Below are positions 20,742-30,545 of a stretch of 64,000 nucleotides of DNA, piece after piece (the first letter of the stretch is position 1; every line of letters begins with the position of its first letter). The translations under genes were made by a program, and so were the position numbers. Source of the stretch: Candidatus Amphirhobacter sp. (GTDB lineage: Bacteria > Pseudomonadota > Gammaproteobacteria > Tethybacterales > Tethybacteraceae); NCBI GenBank assembly GCA_965222035.1, contig OZ244940.1:1529537-1593536 (forward strand), read 5' to 3'. The notes below the pieces were generated by a model. It did not search any database. It was not told the origin of the DNA and was given only the letters and a program-made list of their open reading frames with translations.

Positions 20742-21206
20742 TCAGCTGTCGCAGTCCTGCCGTTGCAGCAGGCGCTCCTCTTCGAGCTCGAGGCGCTCGC
20801 CGGCGAAGCGCAGGCGCCACTGCGTGTACTGGCAGCGGTCGCGGCCGTCCCAGGCCTCGATGATGACGCCGTTGTGGATGATGTCGCCGCCGAGGCGATA
20901 GCCCAGCGCCGCCGCGATCAAACGATTGCGCAGCCGCACCACGATCGAAGCCGGCGAGGCGATCACCAGGCCCTGCTCGTCCGCGCTCGGGGCCGCCGTG
21001 GCCGAGCGCACTTCCAGCACCAGCGGCCCGAAGCGCTCCTTGCTCACCACCGGGCCCGCGGGCTCGTAGCCGCGCAGCTGCTCGTGGTCGATCAGCAGGG
21101 CGATGTCGGTCCCGGCCGTGCCGTCCGGCACCGCGGACCAGGCGGTATCCTGCGCGCTAGCCGCCCCGCTTAGCAGCGCCAGGGCCAGCAGGCCTAGGGA
21201 TCGCAC
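20742..21206 (-). CDS. Small secreted hypothetical protein (Cys-pair), distant paralog of the 21194..21717 gene
   Basis: The start is taken as a GTG giving signal peptide VRSLGLLALALLSGAASAQ. It shares the pattern GY...N..I...W.G...C....W with its upstream neighbour. Confidence 0.45.
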   Translation of the reverse strand: MRSLGLLALALLSGAASAQDTAWSAVPDGTAGTDIALLIDHEQLRGYEPAGPVVSKERFGPLVLEVRSATAAPSADEQGLVIASPASIVVRLRNRLIAAALGYRLGGDIIHNGVIIEAWDGRDRCQYTQWRLRFAGERLELEEERLLQRQDCDS

Positions 21207-21717
21207 TTGGCCTCGGTGGGATAGTCGCGGTACTCCGAGCCCAGGTAGTCGACGCTGTCGGCGTCGAACTCGAACCACCAGGCCGAGATCGAGCAGCCCG
21301 GCTCGCCGTTCCAGTGCTTGACGATCAGGTTTTCGCTGTCTTGCTCGAGCTCGAACTGGTACCCCTTGGCGCCGACGACATACTCGCCGTCGACGGCGAT
21401 TACCAGCGAGGCCGGCACCAGCGGCTCATCGTCGCCGGGGAGCGCGCGGTAGTTGGTGATGTCGACGCGCGGGCCGATCTGCATGCGCTGGTGTGGCGCG
21501 CCGACCGGCACGAACGAGCGCAGATCGTCGCGGTCGACGGTCAGCATGCCGTCGCGCAGCGAACTGTCCCACAGCGCCATGTCCAGCCATGCGGCCGAGA
21601 CCTGCAGCAGCGTGGGCGGGACGAGGTGCTTGAGCGGCGGGGTCTGCTGGGCCAGCGCCGCCGTCGCCAGCAGTAGGCCGGCCGCCAGCGCCGCCAGCGG
21701 GCGTTTGCTAGAATCTT
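21194..21717 (-). CDS. Small secreted hypothetical protein (Cys-pair)
   Basis: GTG start with a GGAGGG SD and signal peptide ISKDSSKRPLAALAAGLLLATAALAQ. Only the 3' 174 codons of the 561-aa ORF are taken as coding. Confidence 0.5.
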
Positions 21718-21739
21718 TGCTTATCACGGTTTCCCTCCA

Positions 21740-22208
21740 TCTACGGACTATGATTCTAGGCAAAAGCTGGCGCGGGCGGGCCCTGGACCGCATGCTGGGC
21801 GACGCCAGCCGCGCGTCCCTGCGCCCCCATGCCGGCAAGGTGGTCCTGCTGCGCGCCGGCCCGGCGCGCCTCGCGCTGCGGGTCGGTACCGACGGCGGCC
21901 TGGAGCCCGCCAGCGCCGCGCTCACCCCTGACGCCAGCATCGCCTTCGCCGCCGGGACCGCGCCGCAGGCCGCCGGCGACGCCGAGCTGCTGCGGGCGCT
22001 GGGCGAGGCCCGCGCCGCCCTCATGCCGGCCGGCCGGCCGGCGGACTGGTGCCGCGACGCTGGCGAGCGCCTGGGCGCGAACGTCGGCAACTGGCTGACG
22101 AACGAGTACCCGCTGCTGGCGAGCCAGGACGAGCTGCGCGATTTGGGCCGCGCCGCCCGCGCGCTGGATCGCCGCCTCGACGCGCTGCTGGCGCGCGCCG
22201 GAGCCTGA
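21740..22208 (+). CDS. Hypothetical protein, possibly an SCP2/UbiJ-like lipid-binding accessory protein
   Basis: A 156-aa ORF divergent from the secreted-protein gene. There is a weak resemblance of the N-terminal segment (HAGKVVLLRAGPARLALRV) and the coiled C-terminus to UbiJ/SCP2. Confidence 0.3.
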
Positions 22209-22213
22209 GCGCC

Positions 22214-22783
22214 ATGGCCAACGACCGCCAGCACATCATCAAGAAGTACGCCAACCGCCGGCTGTACGACACCAAGGCGAGCAGCTACATCACCCAGGAC
22301 CAGATCAAGGAATACGTCTTCAGCGGCGTGTCCTTCCGCATCGTCGAGGACAAGACCGGCAAGGACGTCACCCGCGCGGTGCTGCTGCACATCATCCTCG
22401 ACGAGGAGATCATGGGCGTGCCGCTGTTCACCGAAGAGGCGCTGCGCAGCGTGATCCTGTTCTCGGGCTCGGGCATGCGCAGCTCGTTCTCGGGCTTTCT
22501 CGAGCAGATGCTGCCGGCGCTGCTCAAGCAGCAGCTGCGCGAGCCGCCGTTCGCGCCCGGCGGCGCCATGCCCGGCCAGGACCGCATCCGCGACCAGTTC
22601 GCGACCTTGCAGGGCATGCTGCTCGGGAACTCCTTCCAGGAGTATGTCAACAGCAGCATGAAGATGATGGAGGACGTCAACCGCGAGATCCTCGCGAACA
22701 CCTCGCGCATGATGCAGCCGACGGGTACGGCGGCGGAGCCCGAGCGGCCGGCGGCGCGGCGGCGGAAAAAACGCGATGGCTGA
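22214..22783 (+). CDS. phaR: Polyhydroxyalkanoate synthesis repressor PhaR
   Basis: [31 protein letters not shown] (PhaR N-terminal DNA-binding signature). Confidence 0.85.
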   Translation: MANDRQHIIKKYANRRLYDTKASSYITQDQIKEYVFSGVSFRIVEDKTGKDVTRAVLLHIILDEEIMGVPLFTEEALRSVILFSGSGMRSSFSGFLEQMLPALLKQQLREPPFAPGGAMPGQDRIRDQFATLQGMLLGNSFQEYVNSSMKMMEDVNREILANTSRMMQPTGTAAEPERPAARRRKKRDG

Positions 22784-23363
22784 GCCCAAGCCCGCGGTCG
22801 TCAAGCGCAGCACCGGCGAGACCGCGATCGAGGTGCGGCTGCGGCTGCGGCCGGGCCAGCGGAAGATCGCGACCGGCATCGCCTTCTTCGATCACATGCT
22901 CGCCCAGATCGCGCAGCACGGCCTGCTCGAGCTCGCGATCAAGGCCAAGGGGGACCTCGACGTCGACTTCCACCACACCGTCGAGGACACCGGCATCGCG
23001 CTGGGCTTGGCGCTGGAGCAGGCGCTGGGTGACAAGCGCGGCATCGCGCGCTTCGCCGATGCCTGCGCGCCGCTGGACGAGGCCCTCGCCCGGGTGGTGC
23101 TCGACCTGTCCGGCCGGCCGGGGCTGTACTACCGCGCGACGTTTACCCGCGGGAGCGTCGGCGACTTCGACCTGCAGCTGGTGCGCGAGTTCTTCCAGGG
23201 CTTCGCCAACGCCGCCAAGGCCACGCTGCACATCGACCTGCTCGAGGGCGTCAACGCCCACCACCAGGCCGAGGCGATCTTCAAGGCCTTCGCGCTCGCC
23301 CTGCGCCAGGCCATCGCGCCAGTGGCCGCCGGCGAGGTGCCGTCGACCAAAGGCAGCCTTTGA
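22776..23363 (+). CDS. hisB: Imidazoleglycerol-phosphate dehydratase
   Basis: [14 protein letters not shown] ... [13 protein letters not shown] ... [12 protein letters not shown]. Confidence 0.9.
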   Translation: MAEPKPAVVKRSTGETAIEVRLRLRPGQRKIATGIAFFDHMLAQIAQHGLLELAIKAKGDLDVDFHHTVEDTGIALGLALEQALGDKRGIARFADACAPLDEALARVVLDLSGRPGLYYRATFTRGSVGDFDLQLVREFFQGFANAAKATLHIDLLEGVNAHHQAEAIFKAFALALRQAIAPVAAGEVPSTKGSL

Positions 23364-24031
23364 GCGCCGCCCGCCTGGCCGTCGTCGATCTCGGCCTGGG
23401 CAACATCCATTCGCTGCTCGGCTGCCTGCGCCGCCTGGCCGGCGATGAGTCCGTAGTGCTCGTCGATGACGCGGCGGCGGTGCGGGAGGCGGATGCCGTG
23501 GTGCTGCCGGGCGACGGCTCCTTCAGCGCCTGCGTGGCCGAGGTCGATGCCCGGCCCGGCATGCGCGCGGCGCTGGAGACAGCCGCGCAAGAACGGCCGT
23601 TCCTGGCGATCTGCGTGGGCATGCAGCTGCTGTATGAAGGCAGCGAGGAGGGCGCGGGCGAAGGCTTGGGATTGCTGCCCGGTACGGTGCGGCGCTTTCC
23701 GTCCCAGCCTGGCGCCAAGGTCCCGCTGATGGGCTGGCTCGACGCGCGGCTCGACGCCGCCTCGCCGTATTGCGCTGGCTTGCGGGCGGACGAGCGGTTT
23801 TACTTTTTGCACAGCTATTACGCCGCAGCCGGCGGCGAGGAGGTGCTGATGCGGGCCGAGCACACCGCGCCGTTCGCCGCCGCCGCTGCCCGCGACGGAC
23901 TGCTCGCGACCCAGTTCCATCCGGAGAAGAGCGCCGCCGCGGGCTGCCGGCTGCTCGCCAATTTCCTGCGGCGCGCCGGCTTGCCTGTGGATAAGGCTGT
24001 GGACGGGCCCGTGCATAAGCCTGTGGCCTGA
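23360..24031 (+). CDS. hisH: Imidazole glycerol phosphate synthase, glutamine amidotransferase subunit
   Basis: Class-I GATase: [13 protein letters not shown] ... [11 protein letters not shown] ... HSYY. TTG start overlapping the hisB stop. Confidence 0.9.
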   Translation: MSAARLAVVDLGLGNIHSLLGCLRRLAGDESVVLVDDAAAVREADAVVLPGDGSFSACVAEVDARPGMRAALETAAQERPFLAICVGMQLLYEGSEEGAGEGLGLLPGTVRRFPSQPGAKVPLMGWLDARLDAASPYCAGLRADERFYFLHSYYAAAGGEEVLMRAEHTAPFAAAAARDGLLATQFHPEKSAAAGCRLLANFLRRAGLPVDKAVDGPVHKPVA

Positions 24032-24041
24032 TTGTGGATAA
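23986..24041 (+). promoter_or_regulatory. Two perfect DnaA boxes (TGTGGATAA, i.e. TTATCCACA) in the same orientation, 47 bp apart
   Basis: Exact 9-mers at 23986..23994 (inside the hisH 3' end) and 24033..24041 (hisH-Sel1 intergenic region). Confidence 0.4.
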
Positions 24042-24090
24042 ACTGTTGATAGCGGCCGCTTGCAAAATCTAGTAAAATTAACCCGACTTA

Positions 24091-24915
24091 ATGGCTACTG
24101 ATTCGACTGGCGAGAAACCTACCGCAGGTTTGCGCCACCCGCCGCTCGAACGTCTCATCGACGCTTATCACGACGGCCGCTTCGCCGACGCCATCAAGGG
24201 CTTCCGCCGCCTCGCGCGCCAGGGCAACGCCCGCGCCTCTTACTATCTCGGCGAGATGTACAAGGAAGGGCTCGGCGTCAAAGTCAACCTCACCAAGGCC
24301 TTCGAGCTGTTCCGCGATTCAGCCCGGCGCGATGACAGCGACGGCATGGTCGCGCTCGCCGACGCCTATTTGCGCGGCGAAGGCGTCGAGCGCGACGCGC
24401 ACCTCGCCGGCGTCTATTACCAGCGCGCCGCCGAGCAGGGCAACTCCGAAGGCTGGCGCAGCCTGGGTGACATGTACTTCCGCGGCGAAGGCGTCGATCG
24501 CGACTACGTCCGGGCCTACGGCCTGTACCGCCAGGCCGACCGCCACGAGCACCCCTGGGCGCAGTACCGCCTCGGCCTGTGCCACCTCGAGGGCCTGGGC
24601 GTGCGCACCAACCTGGGCAAGGCGCTCAAGTACCTCATGCTGGCCGCCGCCCGCGGCGTCATCGCCGCCAAGTACCAGCTGGGCCTGATGCATCTCGACG
24701 GCCGCGGCGTCGATCGCGACCCGGCCTTCGGCTATCGCTACATCCTCGAAGCGGCGCTCGCGGACACCGCCAACCCGGCCGGCGAGCTGCTGAGCCAGAC
24801 CCTCGGCTGCGACATCCGGGACATGGATCCCGCCGAGATCGTGCGGCGGGCCTATCGCCTGATCCACGTCGCGCCGACGCGCCGGCACCGCGCGCCCGCC
24901 GGCACCGTCAACTAA
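24091..24915 (+). CDS. Sel1-repeat (TPR-like) protein
   Basis: Multiple Sel1 repeats (A..YLGEMYKEGLGV..N...A, A.AYLRGEGVERD, LGDMYFRGEGVDRD, LGLCHLEGLGV, LGLMHLDGRGV). Confidence 0.8.
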   Translation: MATDSTGEKPTAGLRHPPLERLIDAYHDGRFADAIKGFRRLARQGNARASYYLGEMYKEGLGVKVNLTKAFELFRDSARRDDSDGMVALADAYLRGEGVERDAHLAGVYYQRAAEQGNSEGWRSLGDMYFRGEGVDRDYVRAYGLYRQADRHEHPWAQYRLGLCHLEGLGVRTNLGKALKYLMLAAARGVIAAKYQLGLMHLDGRGVDRDPAFGYRYILEAALADTANPAGELLSQTLGCDIRDMDPAEIVRRAYRLIHVAPTRRHRAPAGTVN

Positions 24916-24945
24916 GTTACGTCGCGGCCGCGAGCCGCGGGGGAA

Positions 24946-25215
24946 TCAATCCAACAGGTCTTCGACCTGGTATAGTTCAATCAGCCGGCTGATCTTCTCC
25001 GGCAGGTTGACGAAGCTGAGCTTCACGCCGTTGACCTGTGCTTTGCGCCGCAGCGCCAGCAGCAGGGCCACGCCGGCCGAATCGGCTTCTTCGACGCCGC
25101 TGAAATCCAACTGGACCTCCTTGGTGTCGCCGAGCAGCGCCAGGGTCTTGGCATAGGCCGCGTGGTTGCCGATGGTCAGGGGCTCGGCGATGGCGATGGG
25201 AGCGGGCGCGCTCAT
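24946..25215 (-). CDS. mlaB: STAS-domain protein MlaB-like
   Basis: An 89-aa STAS fold (LDFSGVEEADSAGVALLLAL), the last gene of the mla operon. Its ATGA overlaps mlaC. Confidence 0.7.
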   Translation of the reverse strand: MSAPAPIAIAEPLTIGNHAAYAKTLALLGDTKEVQLDFSGVEEADSAGVALLLALRRKAQVNGVKLSFVNLPEKISRLIELYQVEDLLD

Positions 25216-25838
25216 GCGTCCTTGGCCACGTCCCGGCGCAGCCGGGCGATGAAGCCCTCGATGCCTTCCTTGCGGATCAGGACCGAGAACTGGCTGCGGA
25301 AGTTCTGGGTCAGGCTGACGTTCTCGACCAGGAAGTCGTTGATGACCCATTCGCCGCGCACGAACGTCAGGATGTAGTGCAGGTAGATGGTGTTGCCGCG
25401 GTGCTCGATGTCGATGCCGATCTTGACGTCGCCGTTGCCCTGGGCCACCGCCGGCGGGAAGCTGATCTGCTGGTTGTCGAACTTCGACAGCGAGCGGGCG
25501 TAGGTCTTCTCGATCTTGGCGCGGAACAGCCGGATGATCTCGGCGCGCTGCTCGTCGTTGACGCGCGCCCAGTACTTGCCCATGGTGCGGCGGGTCAGAT
25601 GGGCGAAATCGAACTGCGGCGACAGCGTGAACTGAATCAGCTCCAGCGCGCTGGCGTCATCGAGCTTGCCTTCCTTTTTGAGCTGCGCCAACTTGGACAC
25701 CGACTTGATCGAGGCCTGCTGGATATCGCTCTCCTTGGCGTTCAGCGTCTCTTGCAGATCGATGTGCGAATCCGCGCCTGCGCCTGCGGCCAGCGCCAGC
25801 GCCAGGACTGGGGCCGCCAGGCGCGCCGCCAGCCTCAT
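25212..25838 (-). CDS. mlaC: Phospholipid-binding periplasmic protein MlaC (Ttg2D family)
   Basis: Signal peptide plus the Tgt2/MlaC family pattern (IQFTLSPQFDFAHLTRRTMGKYW). Confidence 0.85.
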   Translation of the reverse strand: MRLAARLAAPVLALALAAGAGADSHIDLQETLNAKESDIQQASIKSVSKLAQLKKEGKLDDASALELIQFTLSPQFDFAHLTRRTMGKYWARVNDEQRAEIIRLFRAKIEKTYARSLSKFDNQQISFPPAVAQGNGDVKIGIDIEHRGNTIYLHYILTFVRGEWVINDFLVENVSLTQNFRSQFSVLIRKEGIEGFIARLRRDVAKDA

Positions 25839-26287
25839 TCAGCGGCCTTGTCGAAGAGGAACTTGCCGATCAGCTCCTCGAGGATGATCGCCGAATCGCC
25901 GAGGGCGCGGTCGCCCTCTTGCAGCGCGGTCTCGGAGCCGCCGGCGACGATGTTGATGTACTGCTCGCCGAGCAGGTTGGTCGAGACGATCGCGAAGCTC
26001 GAATCGTCGGGAAACTGGTAGCGCTGGTCGAGGTCGATGCGAGCGACCGCCTCATAGCTCTCCTGGTCGAGGCTCAGCGCGGCGATGCGGCCGACGACGA
26101 TGCCGGAGCTCTTGATCGGCGACTGCTCCTTGAGGTTGCCGATGTTCTCGAAGTAGACGTCGACCGAGTAGGTCGCGCTGGTCCCGATGGCGTCGAGGTT
26201 GGCCGCGCGCATGGCGATGAAGGCCAGGCTGATGATGGCGACGAGCAGCAGCAGGCCCGCGCCCAGATCGATATGCTGGCGGTTCAT
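25835..26287 (-). CDS. mlaD: MCE-domain protein MlaD
   Basis: An N-terminal TM helix and an MCE domain (SPIKSSGIVVGRI). The start is set at MNRQHIDLGAG; the longer ORF is noise. Confidence 0.85.
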   Translation of the reverse strand: MNRQHIDLGAGLLLLVAIISLAFIAMRAANLDAIGTSATYSVDVYFENIGNLKEQSPIKSSGIVVGRIAALSLDQESYEAVARIDLDQRYQFPDDSSFAIVSTNLLGEQYINIVAGGSETALQEGDRALGDSAIILEELIGKFLFDKAAE

Positions 26288-26316
26288 CTGCGGTGATTCT
26301 ATCCTTTCCGCTCCGC

Positions 26317-27156
26317 TCAGCGGGCCAGCAGCGAGGTGAGGATGAAATCCAGCCCCAGCAGGGTCAGCGAGGCGTACACCACGGTGCTGGTGGTCGCATG
26401 CGCGACGCCCTCGGCGGTCGGCCGGGCGTTGTAGCCATGGTACAGCGCGATGATGCTGGAAGTCAGGCCGAAGACCGCGCTCTTGAGCATCCCTTCGGTG
26501 AAGTCGCCGAAGAACTTGGTGAAGCTCTGCATGTTGCCCCAGAAGTAGCCCTCGTCCATGCCGATGCGCAGCACGACGATGGCGTAGGTCCCGACGATCG
26601 CGACCGCGAGCAGGATGATCGTCAGCAGCGGCAGGCACAATGAGCCGGCGATGAAGCGCGGCGCGATCTCGCGCTCGAGCGGGTCGACCGCCATGACCTC
26701 CATGGCCGCGAGCTGCTCGGAGGAGCGCTTGAGGCCGATCGCCGCGGTGACCGCGGTGCATGAGCAGCCGATGAACAGTAGGCCGGCGAGTACCGGGCCG
26801 AGCTCCCGGAACAGCGCGATGGCGGCCGCGGCGCCGACGACCTGGGTCTGGCCGTAGCGGTCAAGGATGGTGTGGAACTGCAGCCCGAGCACCAGCCCGA
26901 TGAACAGCCCGGAGACCACGATGATGGGCATCGAGCGCGTCCCGAGGTGGTACATCTGGATCCAAATCAGGTGCGGCCGCGCCAGGCTGGCGGGTACCCG
27001 CTTGGCGACCATCCAGCAAAAGCGCGCGAAGCCCCCGAGGTAGAAGACGTTCTCGACCAGCGGCCAGCCGAGGCGCTGGATGAAGGCGGACAGGCCTTTG
27101 CGCCGGCGGTTGCGGCCCAGGCTGCGGGGCTGGTCGGGTTGCGAGGGCTCGGTCAC
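26317..27156 (-). CDS. mlaE: ABC transporter permease MlaE
   Basis: MlaE family multi-TM protein (MPIIVVSGLFIGLVLGLQ ...). Confidence 0.9.
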   Translation of the reverse strand: MTEPSQPDQPRSLGRNRRRKGLSAFIQRLGWPLVENVFYLGGFARFCWMVAKRVPASLARPHLIWIQMYHLGTRSMPIIVVSGLFIGLVLGLQFHTILDRYGQTQVVGAAAAIALFRELGPVLAGLLFIGCSCTAVTAAIGLKRSSEQLAAMEVMAVDPLEREIAPRFIAGSLCLPLLTIILLAVAIVGTYAIVVLRIGMDEGYFWGNMQSFTKFFGDFTEGMLKSAVFGLTSSIIALYHGYNARPTAEGVAHATTSTVVYASLTLLGLDFILTSLLAR

Positions 27157-27174
27157 CGGCGGGATTGGAGTGGC

Positions 27175-27987
27175 TCAGTCGCGGCCGAGGCGCAGGTCGC
27201 CGCGGTAGTCGCTGCCCGGCAGGTGGAAGGGCAGCGGCCCGTCGGCGCGGCCGTGGATGAACTGATTGACGATGGGATCGTCCGCGGCGTTCATCTCAGC
27301 GGGGGTGCCCGTGGCGATGACCCGGCCGTGCCACATCAGGCAGACGTGGTCGGCGATGGCGAAAGTCTGCTCGACGTCGTGGGTGATGATGATCGAGGTC
27401 GAGCCGAGATGGTCGTTGAGCTCCTTGATCAGGTTGGCGATGATGGTCTGCGAGACCGGATCGAGGCCGGCGAAGGGCTCGTCGTAGAGCAGGATATGCG
27501 GGTCGAGGGCGATGGCGCGCGCCAGCGCCACCCGCCGCTGCTGTCCGCCGGAGAGCTCGGAGGGATAGCGCTCGGCGGCCGACCGCAGCCCGACCGCGTG
27601 CAGCTTCAGCAGCACCAGGTCGTGGATGGCGGCCTCCGGCAGGCGGCTGTGCTCGCGCAGCGGGAAGGCGACGTTCTCGCCGACCGACAGGTCGGTGAAC
27701 AGCGCCGGGTTCTGGAACAGCATGCCCAGCCGCAGCCGCAGCCGGTAGAGCCCGGCGAGGTTGAGCTTCTCGACGTCCTCGCCATCGACGTTGACCGATG
27801 CTCCTGCCGGAATCGGGTACTGTCCGGTCATCAGGCGGACCATGGTGGTCTTGCCGCTGCCGGAGCCGCCCATCAGCGCCACGATCGAGCCGCGCGGTAC
27901 GCTCAGATCGACGCCGTGCAGGATCTGGGTGTCGCGGCCCGGATAGGTGAAGCTGAGGTTCTTGATCTCGACAGCGGGCGTGCTCAT
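27175..27987 (-). CDS. mlaF: ABC transporter ATP-binding protein MlaF
   Basis: Walker A GGSGSGKTT, signature LSGGQQRRVALARA and Walker B ILLYDEP. Confidence 0.9.
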   Translation of the reverse strand: MSTPAVEIKNLSFTYPGRDTQILHGVDLSVPRGSIVALMGGSGSGKTTMVRLMTGQYPIPAGASVNVDGEDVEKLNLAGLYRLRLRLGMLFQNPALFTDLSVGENVAFPLREHSRLPEAAIHDLVLLKLHAVGLRSAAERYPSELSGGQQRRVALARAIALDPHILLYDEPFAGLDPVSQTIIANLIKELNDHLGSTSIIITHDVEQTFAIADHVCLMWHGRVIATGTPAEMNAADDPIVNQFIHGRADGPLPFHLPGSDYRGDLRLGRD

Positions 27988-28059
27988 GAGGCGACCGGAG
28001 GGCAGATGGGAGAGGGGGCGGCGGCAGCGCCGCCGAGTGCTATTTTACTAATGCCTAGG

Positions 28060-28206
28060 CTAAGGAGATATGTGCTTGCTTGACAAGCCTGCGTCTAGTC
28101 CGCTTCAAGCGAGGCTTGGCGTACCCGAAGGCTGGATGTGGCGCGCAACCTGCGAAATCAAAATCTTGTTGGGATTGTGTCAAGCAAAGTATGTGGCTTG
28201 CTATTT
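28060..28206 (-). repeat. Conserved intergenic module of about 140 bp (copy 1 of 4) flanking the ATPase paralogs
   Basis: It shares blocks ...gcNcctagttcgctt ... aggcttggcg ... ggctgNatgtggcgcgcNaNcctgcgaaatcaaaatcttgttggga... with copies at 29410..29568, 30390..30545 and, partially, 31758..31936. Confidence 0.6.
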
Positions 28207-29409
28207 TCAGCCTTGCTGCGCGGCCCGCTGTTTCTTGGCTTGCACGTACGTGAAGAACGAAGGGATGCCGGCCTCCATCTGGTCTTCATCCCCCTCCCAG
28301 ATGAAGCCTAGCCACTGCAAGCTATCAACGATTTCCCGAGCCTTTTCCGCGTCGATATCGCTGTTCTTCTGCCGCAAATCGTACTCAATGGTCTCTCGCT
28401 CTGCCTTGGCCTCTTCTTGCCGGTGGATGGTCTCGGCTACCTGCAAGGCATATGGCGTGAGTTCTTTATCGTTCATCTCCTTATAGATTTTGCGGTAGAA
28501 ATACTTGCGCTCCGTCCTTATCGCTCCTTGGGCTTTCTCCACCAGCGCGACGTCGACGCGCCGCTTCCCCTTGGAAGGCAGGGTCTCCCAGACCTCCGCC
28601 CCCACCAGCTGGACGAAATAAGGGTAGTTGTCAGTCATGCCCCACATCATCTCCAAGGCCTCCGGCTCGACCTCGATGCCGCGGACGGTGAACGGCTTGC
28701 TGAGCGCGTCCTTGCTCTCCTCGGTCGCCAGCAGGTTGATGTAGATGTCCTTGCTCCTTGTGATGAAGGTAGCGCCGATCTTCATCAGATAACTGTTCAA
28801 ATCCGGAGTACCCGCAAGCAGCATCACCAAAGGGTACTTCGCATTGATCAGCCGCTGCCCAATATGCAGCATGAAACCCATGATGTCTTCTTCATAATGA
28901 TGGGCCTCGTCCATTAGCAGGACCATGGGCCCCTTGCGCAGCCTGGCATGCAGAACCTCCTCGTAAGTTTCAGCGGCCTTTCCCAGGTCCAGGCGGACGC
29001 CGAGATCGGCATAGGAAACCTGGAAGCCCGTCACCCTCTTCAGCCACTTCAGCAAGAAATGATCCTTGCCGGCTATCTCCTTGAGCAGGCGCCCCATCGC
29101 ATCGCCTGCCGTCAGGTTCTTGACATGCGCCAGCCGCGCCACGTGGATGCCCTCCTCCTGGGCCCGCTCCTCCATCCAGCCAAGCAGCAGCGTCTTGCCC
29201 ACCCCGCGGGGACCGGTTAGCACCACCGGCGTCATCGACGTATCTTCCAGCAAGCCATTTTTCTGGATCTCGCTCGGGGCGATGCCTTGCAGGGCTCTGT
29301 TCAGCAGCTTGAATTCTCTCTTCCGGCCGACGACATGCTGCGGACGGGTCCCGGCACCGGGAGCAAACGGGTTTTTGTTCTGTTTGGCGGGCGAGGCAGA
29401 CATAACCAT
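28207..29409 (-). CDS. P-loop NTPase of the Arch_ATPase/AAA_16-like family (paralog B1)
   Basis: NPFAPGAGTRPQHVVGRKREF, Walker A TGPRGVGKTLL, Walker B VLLMDEAHH and C-terminal GIPSFFTYVQAKKQRAA. Confidence 0.7.
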   Translation of the reverse strand: MVMSASPAKQNKNPFAPGAGTRPQHVVGRKREFKLLNRALQGIAPSEIQKNGLLEDTSMTPVVLTGPRGVGKTLLLGWMEERAQEEGIHVARLAHVKNLTAGDAMGRLLKEIAGKDHFLLKWLKRVTGFQVSYADLGVRLDLGKAAETYEEVLHARLRKGPMVLLMDEAHHYEEDIMGFMLHIGQRLINAKYPLVMLLAGTPDLNSYLMKIGATFITRSKDIYINLLATEESKDALSKPFTVRGIEVEPEALEMMWGMTDNYPYFVQLVGAEVWETLPSKGKRRVDVALVEKAQGAIRTERKYFYRKIYKEMNDKELTPYALQVAETIHRQEEAKAERETIEYDLRQKNSDIDAEKAREIVDSLQWLGFIWEGDEDQMEAGIPSFFTYVQAKKQRAAQQG

Positions 29410-29568
29410 ATTTTAGGGGATTATATGGAATTTATATGCTTATCTTGACAAGTTTGTGCCTAGTTCGCTTTTAATAAAAGGCTTGGCGGCCCAAGGGACT
29501 AGATGTGGCGCGCCATCCTGCGGCAGCGATATCTTATTGGGATTGCGACACGCAAAGCATGTGGCTTG
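29410..29568 (-). repeat. Conserved intergenic module (copy 2); contains the near-palindrome CTTGACAAG and an SD-less leader
   Basis: See the module alignment. In gene orientation it ends ...TATAATCCCCTAAAATATGGTTATG. Confidence 0.6.
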
Positions 29569-30389
29569 CTAGTTTCTACCCTGCTTCGCGGCCCGCTGTT
29601 TCTTGGCTTGTATATAGGTGAAGAACGAAGGGATGCCAATCTCCAGCCGGTCTTCCTCTCCGCGCCAGATGAAACCCAGCCACCGCAGGCGCTCGACAAT
29701 GCTCCTGGCATCTGCCGCGCCTAGATCGCTGTTCTCTTGCTGCAGAACGATCTCGATGTCCTTCACCCCCACTGCGGCGCATTGTTGCCGGGTGATGGCT
29801 TCGGCTGCCTGCAAGGCATATGATGTGAGACCTTTAGTACTCATCTCATCATAGAGCAGGCTGAAGAAATCCCTGAGGTCGTCGCTTAGCTCCCCTTGCA
29901 CTTGATCGAACAGCGCGACATCTACTTGCCGCCTCCCTTCTTTGGGCAAGGATTTCCAGATCTCCGCTCCCACCAGCTGGACGAAATACGGATAGTTGTC
30001 AGTCATGCCCCACATCATCTCCAGAGCCTCCGGCTCGACCTCAATTCCCCGGTCGGCGAACGGCTTCCTGAGCCCGTCCTTGCTCTCCTCGGTCGCCAGC
30101 GAATTGATGTGAATCACCTCGCTGCGTTCCAGGAACCCCGCGTCGATCTTATTCAGATAGCTGAGCAGGTCCGGCGTGCCCCCCCCCGCGGGCCCGTCAG
30201 CACCAACGGTGCCATTGACGGACGCTCTAGCAGGCCATCTTCCTGGATCTTGCACCTGTCAATGCCTTGCAAGGCCCCTTCTAGCAGGGCAAACTCTCTC
30301 TTGCGGCCAGCGACATGCTCCGGGCGGTGCCCGGTCCCGGGAGTAAATGGTTTTTTCCTCCGCTTGGCAGGCTGGGCGATCATAACCAT
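29569..30389 (-). pseudogene. ATPase paralog B2 disrupted by an internal deletion of about 380 nt plus a frameshift
   Basis: An N-terminal fragment (30153..30389, ending just after Walker A: LTGPRGGARR) and a C-terminal fragment (29569..30255, starting at the post-Walker-B region ...TPDLLSYL...) lie in different frames. The Walker B region is missing. Confidence 0.65.
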
Positions 30390-30545
30390 ATTTTAGGGGA
30401 TTGCAGGGGGTTCGTATGCTTTATTTGAGAAAACTGCGCCTAATTCGCTTTATTGAAAGGCTTGGCGCATCAAGTGCTGGCTGTAGTATGCCAACCTGCG
30501 AAATCAAAATCTTGTTGGGAATCGGCTGGCAAGGGGTGTGGCTGC
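30390..30545 (-). repeat. Conserved intergenic module (copy 3)
   Basis: See the module alignment. Confidence 0.6.

Noticed and set aside
21718-22879. Upstream 387 codons of the 561-aa ORF 21194..22879
   Set aside because: Only the last 174 codons (GTG start with SD, signal peptide) look genuine. The remainder overlaps the phaR gene on the other strand and the divergent 21740..22208 ORF.
24319-24888. 189-aa minus-strand ORF and other ORFs inside the Sel1-repeat gene
   Set aside because: Antisense to a gene with clear repeated Sel1 motifs, and compositionally an artefact.
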